A stretch of DNA of 64,000 bases from Octopus vulgaris (GCA_951406725.2 OX597818.1:23808001-23872000); one strand, 5' to 3'; counted from the first letter of the stretch, positions 1-14,067 are shown. The notes: a model not told the origin generated them from the sequence alone. Translations and numbers: made by a program.

Positions 1-738
1 ATGGATTGTTAAAGCTTTTAACAGTGAAATGATTAAAAAAATTAACGAAGACAAAAGTTGTAAATTAACTTTAAGCATTGCAAGTTAATGATTTCCCTGT
101 GCTTGATGTGATCTCATTTTGTTTTAATAACCATTACCAGTTTTATCATGTATGTAAAATTTAGTATGTTAATTATGTTACCTCACCGTCCCCTTCGACA
201 TGTTTAGTGCCTCCTTGGAGCGGTACCGCCCACGCTGAGAACTTTTGCTACAGAGCTAAAAAAACAGCATAAATAACGGGTATTCTGAGAGTTAATAGAA
301 TTATTCCTATGAGAATAGCTTGGACAGAGATAAAAATACATTTCTCTCTCTCTCTCGCCACACTAACACTCATACACGATACACAGACGTAGTCTACAGT
401 TGGTGTCTCAACGAGACGATGAGTAATGAGTAACACTTCTACTGAAGAACTCCGGATGCTATAGAATAAAGTGGTTGAGGAGAGGGATTTCACCCCGGGC
501 GGTGCTTTTAAGGGGGCGGCACCTTTGGGTCTGCAGTATAAGCCTGTATAGGGAGCGGGATGGGGGCGGAAAACTCAAGGGCTTCCCAGAGCGGTACACT
601 CTAGCTACGCCACTGAATGCAATATAGTTTTAATGTTTGTTTGTAGTAACTTCTAACATTCTTAATAAAACCATGAACGTTACAAAATGTTATTATTCTC
701 TCCTATAAATGTCATGAGTCTTAATTAGAAAAACTTTG

Positions 739-1149
739 GGATCTTTTCGGTTCGACCGGCAGTTTTTTAAAATAATTTCCACGTAACTAAACACTTTTAA
801 ACTTCGTATGCTGGTAGAATGTGTTTATAAAACATCTTTTTCCCTTGGCTTTATTGAGAAAATTCTATAGCTGGTAAGATATTTGTTGTTGTTTTTTCTT
901 CAATTTCTGCAATTTCAACCAATCAATGACGTCTATTGAGGTGAAAACATTCTGTGCCGTATGAATATGTCCCTCGTTTAAACAACAGATTGGGTTTATT
1001 TACATTTCTGAAGAAAAAAAGATACCCTTCCCCCCACCCTAACCCTGAAACAGATTGAAATGCAATAGATCGATACTAGGGTTATAATTATGGGTGACAA
1101 TTTCATATGACACCGCTAGAAAAAACTGCCGTTCAAACCGAAAAGATCC
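739..1149. mobile_element. Merlin-like MITE family A, copy 1
   Basis: TIR ggatcttttcggtt...aaccgaaaagatcc; 8-bp TSD aaactttg (731-738 / 1150-1157). Confidence 0.9.
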
Positions 1150-1392
1150 AAACTTTGAATGAAATCATGTTTCTTTCTTGAAATATTGGTTTCAAATTTT
1201 GGCATACTCGTGTTTTGGGAGGGGAGGGGGGAGTTCAAGCTAAATATCAACAGCAATAATTTCAAAAGTATGGAGCTATCTTCAAAAAGTTTCTCTATTC
1301 TACTAACTAAATAAAAATTAAAATGGGAGTGTTGAATCTTATTTACTTTTATATCAATATCACAGTGTACTTATTATTCTTTCACGTATATT

Positions 1393-3110
1393 AAGGCGGC
1401 GAGCTGGCAGAATCGTTAGCACGCCAAATAGAAATACTTAGCAGCATTTCGCTCCGATTTACGTTCTTAGTCCAAATTCCACTGTCATTGACTTTGCCAT
1501 TCATCTCATTCGTGGTAGATAAAATAAGCACCAGCGTCGGTGTAATCGGCCATGCTCCTTCCTCGACTTTCAAGCCTTGTACCTATAGCAGAAAGTATTA
1601 TTTTTTTTGTGCGTATTTAAATCTGCATGCATTAACGGTTGTTTGACTCTGACCTAAGCATATTTTTTTTCTTTGTTAGGGCGGAGTTGAGTAGATTGAA
1701 TGAACTCTCATTAAGAGCTACTCCCAACGGAATTTAAATTTAGAATCAAGAGAAATGGAACTAAATATTTAGTCCAGCAGTCTGCTACTTGTTATTCAAT
1801 CGCATAAAAATTTGTAAAATTTGTTTTTAAAACACATCAAAAAAATTTGAAAAATTATTTCTCACATTAGTAAAAGGCTACAAAATTGCTAGTATGAAAT
1901 CGATTGATGACTGGTACTTATTTTATTGATCTCAGAGAGATGTAAGTTTGTAGTCAGAGAGTAAAGTCAGAGTGAAATTTTTTTAAGCATTTAATCCGAT
2001 TCTCAACTGCTTTTGTCCACCTCTTCAACCACGAGTCCGAGAAGGAACCTCTACATGGTCCCTCGACATGTTGGTTATTCTTCAAATCACGGTTATCCGT
2101 CTTAAAAGGACATACTTGTTACTATGATCGTTGGTTCCCTGCATACAGTTGAAATGCTTTTATTTATATGTCTGCTCGATCAACTACAGTTCATCTTCAA
2201 CAATTCTACAGGCTTTCTGCAAGTAATAAAGATTTCTTACATTGACACAATACCACAATTTTTCAGCCCTTGGCACCTTATTGCGTCGTTAGGCTACTGT
2301 CGTGACACACGCATATCTTGAGCATTTAGACCTAGCAGAGCTCGTCTCTTTTTCTAGGTCTGATAAAGCTTATTTCTTCTAGAAAGAAAAAGAAGGAGGA
2401 AAAGATAATAATGATGAAGAAGAAGAATTGCCCCAGTACTGGAATGATATTTTATCGACCCGCCAAATGAAAAAAATACAAACTTGGCTTTGGCGGGATT
2501 TGAACTCGGATCACCAGAATAAACAATGCAAGGCAATCTATTCAAAACGCCAAGAGCTCTTTCAGTTCGCCGCTTATTCTATTCATTATAGACGTGTGAA
2601 AAACTAAGTTGACATACCAGAACTTGAGATTAGAATGCAGACGGACAAAACTAAATAGTGCGACATTAAGAGGCAAAGCTAATATCGGTTTCAAATTTTG
2701 GCACAAGGCCAGTAGGTTCGGGGGAGGAAGTAAATCAATTACATCTACACCACCACCATCCCCCACCACCCAGTGTTCAACTGGTACAATGCTTAGCAAC
2801 ATTTCGTCCATCTTTACGTTCTATGTTCAAATTCCTCCGAGGTCGGTTTTATCTTTCATCCTTTCGGGGTTAATAAAATAAGTACCAATTGAGCACTGGG
2901 GGTCGATATAATCGACTTAACCCTACCGAACTTGCTGATCTTGTGCCAAAATTTGAATAAAATGCCTAATGGTATTTTGTTATTGCCCTTTACGTTCTGA
3001 GTTCAAATCCCGACTGAACCAACCTCAACTCTCCCCCTTCAACAAAATAAAGAACCAGTTAAGTATTCTGTTGATTTAATCGACAATACTATCTTCCAAA
3101 TGTGTAACTT
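1393..3110. mobile_element. cluster of old Nin-type SINE copies in both orientations
   Basis: Recurrent degenerate ctggtact / gttcaaat / tttcatcctttcgggg motifs at ~1393-1600, 1680-2000 and 2430-3110. Confidence 0.7.
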
Positions 3111-4304
3111 TGTAACAATTTTGTCATTACTAATAACGTTTGTTTCTCTGTTTGTCACAACGCATTTCTTATTGGCTTGTTTATACTATCGTCATTTAGA
3201 TACAGAGTGGCTACATGATTAAGTGGTTCGCTTCGCAATCGCGATTCACAGTTCGCCCCTACTGCGTGGCATCTTAGATAAATATTTTCTGTTGCCTCCA
3301 GTCGACCTATATTTTTTTATAAATATATTTCAAATTTCCACGTAAGAGTGAAATTGGTTGGACGGAAAATGTATAGAAGCTCGTCAGGAGGATTGTCCAT
3401 ATAATTGAAAAAGTACAACCTTGTCACGCAGTGTGCCATACTGATTCTACCAGAGAATTACATTAAGGATACTCAGTCACTAACACGTTAATTCATGAAC
3501 AGATTATTCAGTTAATCGAGTAATTGACTCCTCATCGCCGAACGACAGGGATCCACCACCACAATCAACATTAAATATGTTTACACTAATCTATTGCGCT
3601 CTCGTTGATAAGCACCAAATCTGCTCAAAACTTTCCAGCCATAACTATTCCATCTTTATTTTCAGACATAGTATATCTAGAACTGTGTAAACGTTTGTAT
3701 TTGCAATTGTAAGCGATGACCCCCATCATCAAAATACCGTCCTCGCCGTACTTGCTCTGTCATTTGTTATGGTTTTTGTCGTTTGGCTTCTGGTTAGCAT
3801 TCCAGCCACGTTCATCTTATCTTATTTTCAGATAGAGCATCTGTGTTTTTCTTCTTTAAGATGGTAGGTTTAAATATTAGGGAGAATTGGCTATATTTCT
3901 GGCAGGTCACGCGGCAACAGAGTTGTTTCAGTTTTGTACCAATGTGAAGAATGAAATTGTTATTTTCAAGAGGATGAATGATAACATTAGCTGATGTCCA
4001 TGGTGATGTCCATGCCTCAATGTCGAAAAATGGTCAGTGAATCGAAAGTTCAGGATTTATATCTTGGGAACTGGAGTTCCTATTACATTATCAAATATGT
4101 CCTCTTACTCATATTTTTAAAAACTGTTCAAGTAGGTCGAAAGGACAGCTTAGAGATTGCCTCATCGGTTCGGTTTTGTTTTGTTGTGGGTACCATTTAA
4201 TCTCTAAGCAACTCTATTTGCCTACAACAATGAATGTAGATAGGATCCGTTAGGGTTTACTGATAAATTCATTCATCAATACTTTCCGAAGTACGATAAA
4301 AGCT

Positions 4305-4348
4305 ACTTTGCTAATGAAGTCAGAGTAATGTCGAAACATGTTCGAAGT
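4305..4348 (+). ncRNA. degenerate minimal hammerhead motif
   Basis: acuuug-CUAAUGA-...-GAAAC-au-GUU-cgaagu; stem I and palindromic stem III pair, core and stem II mutated. Confidence 0.4.
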
Positions 4349-4696
4349 TGTCTCTTGTACCGTTTGCCACTCTGTCACTATCTTGCAATTTTTTTTTTTA
4401 ATTCATACAATCCCATACTTCGTAGGAATATTGTCGATTAAATTGACCCTAGTATATTTTTATTTCTTGTTTTAACGACGCCGAAAGAATAAGTTAAAGA
4501 ATGTGATTTTGATGAGACATGAAATCAGAAATATAGAAGGCTGCAACTGCTTTTAATCAAGATACACAGCTAACTTTATCATTCATCCTCATCCTCTTGA
4601 AAATAACTATTTCATTCTTCATATTGGCACAAAACTGAAACAACTATGTTGTCGCTTGACCTGCTAGAAATATAGCCAATTCTCCGTAATATTTAA

Positions 4697-5554
4697 CCCC
4701 TTAATGGATTATCCCGAGTTACCCGTACATCGCAAATGTATCTTTTTAGAACCAGACGAGTATACTCGGTCAAAATTAACTTTTAATTTTAGCACTCAAA
4801 CGAGTTTATTTGTTTTGTGTCGTTTCATTTTTGAGCAATCACGAATTTACTCGCGTTGTTTAAAAAAAAGAAATAAGTATTTTTTCATTTGATGGATTTG
4901 GCTATCTGGAATGCTTATGTTTTGTATAAAGCATCTTTGGAAACTTCAGCTTCTGCTTTGAAACCACTGAAATTTAGAATGAAAATAATCACCAAGATTA
5001 TTGAAAAATATAGGCCCTTATTGCCTTCCACGAAACCAGGAAGACCATCATCGATCCCACATCCAACAAGATTTGCCCCAGCCGGTCACTTTCCCATGGA
5101 AATACCACCAAGTGATAAGAAAAAGAACCTTACAAGACAGTGTGCAAAATGCGCAGAGAAGAGAGACGCTAAAGGAAAGAAGATTTGAAGAGGAAGCAGA
5201 TACATGTCTGATGTCTTCAAGATAACTTTGTGTGTAACTCCTTGTTTTAAAAATTATCATTCTAAATAAACTGTCTAGCTCATTTTTAAAAAATTTTCCT
5301 TTGATTTAGAAGCAATACATCTTATAAAAAAATCGAAGATAGTTAAGTTATATGTATTTTTTCAATATCCAAGTTAACTCGTTTAAATCCAAATGAGTAA
5401 AAGTACATTTTAATTTCTATAATAAAAAATAAAGGAAACAAGATTTAAAAAACTTTTATTTTGTAATTAACACAGTGTATATAATTAAAAAAGGAAATTA
5501 AAAAATATGCTCTGAAATGAAACGCCATGTCAAAATAATTGATCCATTAAGGGA
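4697..5554 (+). mobile_element. internally deleted piggyBac element retaining the transposase C-terminus
   Basis: ttaa|ccccttaatggat ... atccattaaggga|ttac. 4880-5268 translates FFHLMDLAIWNAYVLYK...GHFP...RQCAKC...LCVTPCFKNYH (PGBD4-like Cys-rich tail) with a stop. Confidence 0.88.
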
Positions 5555-6415
5555 TTACATCTACTATCTCAAAGAAGAAAAACACAGATGCTGTATCTGA
5601 AAATAAGATAGGTGAACATGGCTGGAATGCTAACCAGAGGCCAAACGACAAAAACCATAACAATTGATATAGCAAGTACGGCAAGGATTGTATTTTGATG
5701 AAGGAGTCAGATTAAAACGGAAACATATCCGGCGTTGTGGGTGGAGGTAAAATAAACCAAATCAGCTTCAGTATATATCTGGTTCTACAGTTATTGTGTT
5801 TGAGTCGGAGATGGAATACAAAGCCGACTCTGTTACGATTTGAAACCAAAACATAAAATGACTTAAATACAACAAGACTTGCTATCAAGGAATCCAACGT
5901 TATTACCCACCACACAACCATGAAGTAATATTCATAACCATCTTTCTGTTCTTCACAGATTTTAACGTTTCTGTTTCGGGCTTTTTGTTTTATTTTGTGT
6001 TGTTTTATTTTTTTATAAATATATTTCAAATTTCCACGTAAGAAATCTAAAGAGATAATTGTTTTCTGCATTAAACTTTTTTCTTTTTTTTTTTAATGCT
6101 TTTTTTTTTACATAAGGAAATTTTAAAGCAGATGGTTCGTTAAGATATATGAAGATATAAATCAAATCACAAACATTTCAAAAATTAAAATAAGAATTTG
6201 ATGATTAAATAGCGAGCTTGTTCTTCTTCTTCTTGTTATGCATTTAATAGGAAGCAAGAACCATTTGGGCTAAACATTTCAAAAATATTTCATCAATGTT
6301 AAGTGTCAATGAATCTAGCACATTTTTATAAAAAAAAAGCTCAACTCTGAAACGATTATATCATACATTTTGACCTCAGTGATACTTTTCTCTCATAAAC
6401 ATGCGTGAATTATGA

Positions 6416-6480
<65 letters not shown>

Positions 6481-6524
6481 GATAAAACTTACTTGGAAGA
6501 GGATGCGTGGCGTTTCGTCATATA

Positions 6525-6840
6525 ATAAAATAATAAATAAAACATATGCATATATACATACATATATGTACGTACCTACATCTATATGTATATATACATG
6601 CATATATAGGTACAGGACACCAAAAAAACGTCAAACACAATGAGAAACGAAACCATAAAAACAGAGCCGTGGAAACGGACATTTTTTTAAACAACGAAAA
6701 AACAGGGTACAAGACATACGACACAAGGAAAATCCCCTTTCTTCAGCCGCCTCCGTTTCGTCTACTCCGCGTTTCGAAGGTAAAGGCGAGACACGACTTC
6801 GATACATACATATACATATACATACATACACATACATACA

Positions 6841-6876
<36 letters not shown>

Positions 6877-7170
6877 TATATATAGTGTAATAAATAAAAT
6901 ATATGCATACATACAAACATATATGTACGTACCTACATCTACATGTATATATACATGCATATATAAATATATATACGTGTGTACAGGACACCACAAATAG
7001 ACGTAGAACTCAACGAGAAACGAAAACGTAAAAACAGCATGGAACGGACCATTTTTTTAACAACGAAAAAACAGAGTACAAGACAACTACACAAGGAAAA
7101 ATCCCCTTCATCAGCTGTCCCTAGTTCAACTCCAGCGTGTTTCGAAGGTGAGGACAGAACACGTCTCGTC
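6525..7170. repeat. local tandem duplication of a ~280-bp unit
   Basis: taataaataaaa.atatgcat...gtacaggacacca...cacaaggaaaatcccctt...gtttcgaaggt occurs at ~6530-6781 and ~6888-7150. Confidence 0.85.
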
Positions 7171-7227
7171 GAACTAGCCCTTCCTGCGAAAGAATTAAAT
7201 AAAATTCCTTTGCAGAGGGGTAAAAAC

Positions 7228-7392
7228 AAGGGCCACCCTTAAGGTTGCTGGCGCCTTGGGCAAGCTGAACTACGGCGTGTACAAGCTGACGATCGTGGAA
7301 ATTTCCATTCTTTGTCACGCCCTCCTTGGCGTCCCCTAGCACATGGTGCCCCGGACGACTGCCTGAGTTGCCGGTACCTTGAGCCGGCCCTG
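7228..7392. mobile_element. hAT-like GC-rich MITE
   Basis: caagggccacccttaagg ... ccttgagccggccctg imperfect TIRs. Confidence 0.45.
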
Positions 7393-7973
7393 TATATATG
7401 AGAGAAAAAAGGGGGCAGGAAGGCACGTGGCTGTAGTTAAGTATTGTGTTTAATGTGGTTAAGTATTGCACTTATGATCGGAAGATTGTGGCTTCTTGAC
7501 CGGTCGATGTGTGTTCTTGAACAAAACACTTCATTTCGTGTTCCTCCTGTTCATTCAGCTGGCAAAAATGAGTCATCTAGCATCGGACCGGCGTCGCGTC
7601 CGGTGAATGGGGTGGATACACAGGATCCAGGAAACCGCCGTTTGATCCTTTTTAATCATATACATACATACATACATACATACATACATACATACATACA
7701 TACATGCACAAGGGGTAGGTCAAAGATCACGCACAAAATAAGTTCAATACGTTCAGGAATTATCAAAGACCCGCTTCAATTTTCCTAAAATTGAATAAAA
7801 TAAATAAAATAATGATGAATACACACGTACTTGTACAGAGGAACAAAATGAATAATAACAACAACTACAACAACATAATAAAAAATTTAAGAAAGCCTTA
7901 GGGACTAAAACGTATAAAAGAATAAAAGAAAATGTCAAATGTTTTTGTGCGTGGCTTTTGGCCCACTCTGCGC

Positions 7974-8039
<66 letters not shown>

Positions 8040-8179
8040 TGGAGGGCCATAAAGTTATGCTGTAACTGTCACGACTCTGATCGTGATCTGATATTCGCTC
8101 TTTTTTATAGACAAATTATAGTTCAAATCGCATTCATTTAAGGCGCTCATATAATACCCTAACTTCAATAAAATATGAG

Positions 8180-9700
8180 GCGATATCCTACAGTTCCGTA
8201 AAATACTCCTAAACAAAAACATAGTTTTCCAAGGAAAAAAACAGCTGTACGAAGTATGAACAGTTATAGCTCTATAAAAGACAAGAACAAAGTATTGAAC
8301 AAAATTGTGATTTTTTTTTATATTTACTTCATATCATGGCTTTCCACGGTCTAAATCCAAATCGACGAGTCGAAAAGAATAGGAAATTGTCAGTCAAAAA
8401 TAATAATGACATCGTAATTAAAGAAACAGATTATGGATATTGAAAATGTAAGAATTGTAACCAAGAATCGAAACCTCGGTCTTCTCGTTCGTGTCCATTG
8501 TTCTTGGAATTTGCACTTAGAATTTATAAGTTCAATCTGTCAAATTCGCTAACAACTTAGGTAAGACAAGAGTTGGATCCAGATAAACCCATTTATTCCC
8601 ATTGTCAGTGACCTGGTTCAACTTAAGCACAACTCTATTTTGAGATACTTACGGAAAACATTCTCTTTTTCTCAGCAACTTTCAGAGACGTAAAAGCTCT
8701 CTCTGCCTTTTTATTCTGCCACTTGCACATTACTCTTCAAATCATACCCTTATTGTTGAAGCTCTCCCCAAAAACGATAAAGGCACTTTGAATACACAAA
8801 ATAAAAGTAAAAGACAACTAAAAATACCTTTTGAAATTCTTACCAGCACCTAATTACTCACTGAAAATTATATCAGTAATCAAAACGTATAGTCGCCTTA
8901 ACTGCAGAGCCTCCGGCAGCCTTAAATTTGAATCAAATCATAGTTTCACTGTAAAAATAAATTCACCTGTACATGAACAAATTTAATTATACTGTTAAAT
9001 GTAAAAGGGGCAACAAAGAATGCATTGAATAAACGAAAATTAGAATCTTTTCGGTTTGAACGGCAGTTTTTTCTAGCGGTGTCATATGAAATTGTCACCC
9101 ATAATTATGACCCTAGTATCGATCTATTGCATTTCAATCTGTTTTAGGGTTAGGGTTAGGGGTGGGAGGAAGGGTATCTTTTTTTCTTCACAAATGTAAA
9201 TAAACCCAATCTGTTTCTTAAACGAGGGACACATTCATACGGCACAATGTTTTCACCTCAATAGACGTCATTGATTGGTTGAAATTGCAGAAATTGAAGA
9301 AAAAAAAACAATAAATATCTTACAAACTAAATAATTTTCTCAATAAAGCCAAGAGAAAAAGATGTTTTATAAATACATTCTACCAGTATACGAAGTTTAA
9401 AAGTATTTAGTTACGTGGAAATTATTTTAAAAAACTGCCGTTCAAACCGAAAAGATCCGAAAATTACCATGAGAAACTGATTTGCTGTTCATTGTGAACA
9501 AATTCGAGATGCTATTATTAAACAGTTCCCACTAAACGAACATTTAGACCTATGTACGCAAACAAATCCCCAAAATTCCAAGTTGACTCTACCTACTTTA
9601 TATTTGTTCTGACAATACAGATCAAAAATAGACAAATGAATAGATACTTATTTTTAAAATTCAAACTACGAATAAATAAGCTATTAGAACGTATCCGAAA
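8180..9700 (+). mobile_element. degenerate Penelope-like retroelement 3' part (GIY-YIG endonuclease remnant)
   Basis: Frameshifted FTCT..NLIY..KC.G.NKE.I..TK|TMRN.FAVH.EQIRD...VPLNEHLDLC pattern, interrupted by MITE copy 2. Confidence 0.6.
9043..9458. mobile_element. Merlin-like MITE family A, copy 2 (opposite orientation, inserted in a Penelope-like remnant)
   Basis: Same TIRs; TSD gaaaatta (9035-9042 / 9459-9466); internal ttagggttagggttaggg. Confidence 0.9.
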
Positions 9701-9760
9701 GATAATTCCCAAATAACTAAATTACCAAAATATTATTCTATTATTGTTTATACTCTCAAA

Positions 9761-9921
9761 CACTAGCGTAGCTAGAGTGTGTGCCGCCCAGGGCGGCCCT
9801 TCCGTTTGGCGCCCCCAGACTCCAAAAAGACACATATTGCCTACAGCTAACCCAAAAGTGGTGTCCCTTTAAAAGTGCCGCCCGGGATGGACTGCCCTAC
9901 CCCTCCCCAACTAAGCTAGTG
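9761..9921. mobile_element. hAT-like GC-rich MITE; partial related copy at ~493-616
   Basis: cactagcgtagct ... actaagctagtg; TSD ctctcaaa / ctttcaaa. Confidence 0.6.
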
Positions 9922-10539
9922 CTTTCAAACAAAACGTACACAATCATATGCACATATACATACAAAACAATACATAGCTTACAGTCAACTGCATACAAGG
10001 AAGTACTATCGTAATCTATTTATTTTTAGCTTTCGATAATCTGTTGATTATATTATCACACGATGCATCCACTCTCATGAAATTTTGGCGAAATTATCGT
10101 TCATATCACAACTGATGTATGGACATAATGCGTAATGCTTGCTCGTACAGTCATATAATACATTCACTGGACTAACGCAGCCTCATTATTTGGCACAATC
10201 ATCGTTCACTCAGTCACTTGGCCCTAATACGGGAACGTTACGGTGAACTAAATTCTCTATGCGACTTCCTGACCATCTTCAACTAATGAAACTCTATCTT
10301 AAGTTATGGAAATCTGAGTAGAAACAGTTGCAACATAGCTCTGCGGCCCTCTTTCTTACAGTACGTTTGAAAACCACGAAATTATAAAACAGGTTAATTT
10401 AATGTAAATAAATCTTCTTAAAGATTCCATTAAATTAAGCTTTTTGCACACGAGTAGAAGTATACAGAATGAAGCTTCATTCTGTATACTTCTACTCGTG
10501 TGCAAAAAGCTTTATTTTCATGAATGTATATGTCTGCGA

Positions 10540-10571
10540 GTACATACATACATACATATATACATACATAC

Positions 10572-10638
<67 letters not shown>

Positions 10639-10755
10639 TATATATATATATATATATATAATTCCGGCGTATCCACTTATACTTACTATATTAGGTTTAT
10701 CGTTGTGCCCTCCTTAATTTGTATTCCATTTTATTTATCTATTTATCTATACATG

Positions 10756-10816
<61 letters not shown>
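10540..10816. repeat. compound (TACA)n/(CT)n/(TA)n microsatellites; other (TA)n at 6421-6477 and 12330-12387, (GT)n(GA)n at 7974-8039
   Basis: Direct reading. Confidence 0.95.
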
Positions 10817-10819
<3 letters not shown>

Positions 10820-11943
10820 TATTTATTTATTTAATTACTTATTTTTGTTTATTTGGCACTTACTAATCTATAATTAATTTAATTTATAATTAATAAACTT
10901 ATTCTAAATTAATAGTAACTTCTGTAGGTGTGTGAAAATGTGTATGTGTACGTATATATGTTTTTGTACATATAGGTATGATCGTGGGTGGATGTACGGA
11001 TGTATGTTTTTATTACACATATGAGCATGCAGGTGCGTACTTGGATATGTATATATGTATATGCGAATATTTATTCATGGGTGGATATAAATATAAGTTT
11101 TATTTGTACGTATGAGTGCGCAGATATATATTTAAATATATATATATGTGTGTGTGCGAAAGTTTCCTGACACAGTATAGGAAAGTGTATTAATATTTAT
11201 GCGTATATGCGGATGTGCGTGTGAGTGTGTGTGTTAGTGTTAGACACTGATGCCTATACTGATTTGTTTATAAGCCATGCGATGACAGACATACACTCTG
11301 CAATTTAGTGAATGTGTAGAAATGTGTCGGGGTGTATTCATGTGTGTGTGCATGTGTGTGTGAGTTTCTGTGTGGATGTGTGGGTTTAGGGTTAGATGTG
11401 GATGTGTATGTTTTGCTTGTGCGGTGTGGTGGAGGTCGGGCGGCTCTCAATTGACCAACCGTGAGGAAGATAATGATAATTTTAAATTCAAATCCAATAG
11501 TGTATTTATGTCATAAGGAAAACTACTAACTGGAACCCGGCCATACATATATACCGCTCTGGATCCTAATGTAAGCGTTATTAATAATATTATGAATGAT
11601 AATAATGGTAACATTAATGGTATTGACAACGATAATGATGCTAACTTTAATGACACTTTAGAAATTAGTATGAAGTAATATAATGTACTATTGACTATGT
11701 ATATTTGCATCTAGGTACTAATTTGTGTATGTTTATTATCACAATATTAAGTCGAAAACCTGAGACATTGAATGTGGAACACATATATATGTTTACTAAT
11801 TTATATTATTTATTTATATCATTATGTATATGTATATTTTTATATGTATAAGAGTGTGAGTATATGCACTCATATGTATATGTATATGTTGTATTATGGA
11901 TATGCACCCACACCCATGTGGGTATATATGTAGACTGATTTAT

Positions 11944-12083
11944 ATTACATAATCTCCGAAGAGGCCTTATGATATTTTTGTAAATGTCTCATTTATATCT
12001 ATATATTGACCTACCATAAAAGGCTAATATTGGTAAAATGAGACATACTTATCTACATGGCCGAAACAGCTGTAAGATGTAAT
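11944..12083 (+). ncRNA. minimal hammerhead ribozyme motif, core variant CCGAAGA
   Basis: auuac..aucu-CCGAAGA-ggcc-(92 nt)-ggcc-GAAAC-agcu-GUA-agau-guaau. Confidence 0.55.
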
Positions 12084-12328
12084 CTATACTTATATTTATA
12101 TTTACTTATATTTATATTCTCTTTTATATATATTCTACTTATTATACAACATTACTCTTTTATGTACACTTTTTTATGTACATTCCTTTATGTACACTGA
12201 TTTGTTCTGCTTTTTATATTTAACCCTACAGTCTCTTATGTGGTGGTTTAATAAAGTATGTGATTGAGTATTATCTGGTAATTGATATTTGATTTAGATG
12301 TATTTCTCCATTTTCTTATCTTGTATTA

Positions 12329-12390
<62 letters not shown>

Positions 12391-14067
12391 AGAGAGAGCA
12401 TGCTGTATATTTTACTTAACGTGCACATACAGTAGAAAGCCACGAAACTGCAGTATATTTCTCTAGAAAACATCTCGTACAGACATATAAAGCTAAAAAG
12501 CACAAAAGTATATCAATAGCAGGCGGGAAAGTGAAGTAGCGGCGGTGGAATAACTAAATCCAATTTTTTGTTTCTTGGAGCATCATCGTAAGCCTTGTTG
12601 TAATTTCTATAATCTCATAAAATATAAATCTGTATTTTAAATTTCCATCACTCATTTATTGTGCCAATCAATATCCATTAATTGTGAGGACATTAAGATA
12701 TAAGTCATTTCTTCCCTCTATATGGCAAACATTAAAGGCTTCTTTATTTCATACTTGTTATCTGACATCTCTATTACCTTTCTCGATAACATATTGTTGA
12801 CTTTCTTTGCTGCTTCTTCACAAGCAAAAGAAATAGTGCACAAGATGCATCATGTCTTTTGCACAAGGTAACATATGTTTTCCAACAATTCAACGAGGCT
12901 TCTTGGCTTGTGCATCTTTGTATACATCTACGTAGAAAGCCAGCATCGCGGTGCCTATCCTTTCCTAAAATGACCTTTTCGGAGATAAAATATCGCTTCA
13001 GAGATAATGTATAACTACACGAAATAACCACGATCTTTCTTTAACAAGTTAACACATTTCTAGATACAGCTGGACTCGTGAAATCATTGATCAAAACTTT
13101 AAAACAAATCTGCCATTCTGCACTTCTTTTTTTTTGTTGTTGTTGTTTTTTTTTAGCAAATCCAATTTTAATTTGGTTTTCAGAATTTTGTCTTTTTGAT
13201 AAACTTTTATTTCAAATCCATAGAAAGATATGTAATGGTTTCATGCAGGCATAGCACGGATTCGATCCTCGATGGTCAAATTTCACTTAACAGTTCAACA
13301 ACACTTTTCTCACGGTAAAACAATAGTTTTTTTCTGTGAATGGCGACAGTTACATTTACCAGACGCCTTCGCTAAGCAGAATAATGTCTTTGCCACTTGA
13401 CCCTTCTAAGCTCTTCTAGGCCATAACAGACCCCCAACGAAATCTATTGTTCTCAACAATATGTCTATCCTTCTAGCTGGTTTTGCATAGTTATAAATAC
13501 TTGAATTTGGTGACGCAGAATCACTGAACGAAGACGAATAGAGTCAGGGCCACAAGCAGGCAGCCACTGAAGACATACGGCCAGAGGGAGAAAGACGGTT
13601 ACAATCAGCCAACTATGAGACGCAGCTTCCCTCGACTCTATACTTTCACTAGCTCAATTTCTTTTCTCTTATAGCATCTATGTACCAGAACGTGTACACA
13701 CATACAGGCCGAAATTAACTTTCGTAACCTCGCATGCTCTTTCAATTATATCACACCTGCCCGTCGGGGCAAGGCATTATATTAAGTAACGGTAAATAAA
13801 TATTTCTTTACGGCTTTGATCACTGTTCTTCGTTCATCTTGCACATCTGCAACAGCAACACTCGTTACAATCGTTAACTGCCAACTCCAACATATATCAC
13901 TACAAATGACGTTACACTGGTGACCACTGATTCCACCTTAACAATACCGTTACAGATATATAACAAAACCGTTAATTCGTGAAAAACAAATTGTAATAAT
14001 CTTAGCTGTATATCGATTTCATTATTTATAAATCAACATTTAAACACACCTTATAAATTAACACTTT

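Noticed and set aside
6376-7242. YI/CV-rich ORFs (also at 10444, 17102, 36271, 54999-55711)
   Set aside because: Products of dinucleotide and tetranucleotide microsatellites.
12600-13450. Possible decayed DNA-transposon coding remnant on the minus strand
   Set aside because: Only vague Cys-containing patterns; no termini or catalytic motif I can support.
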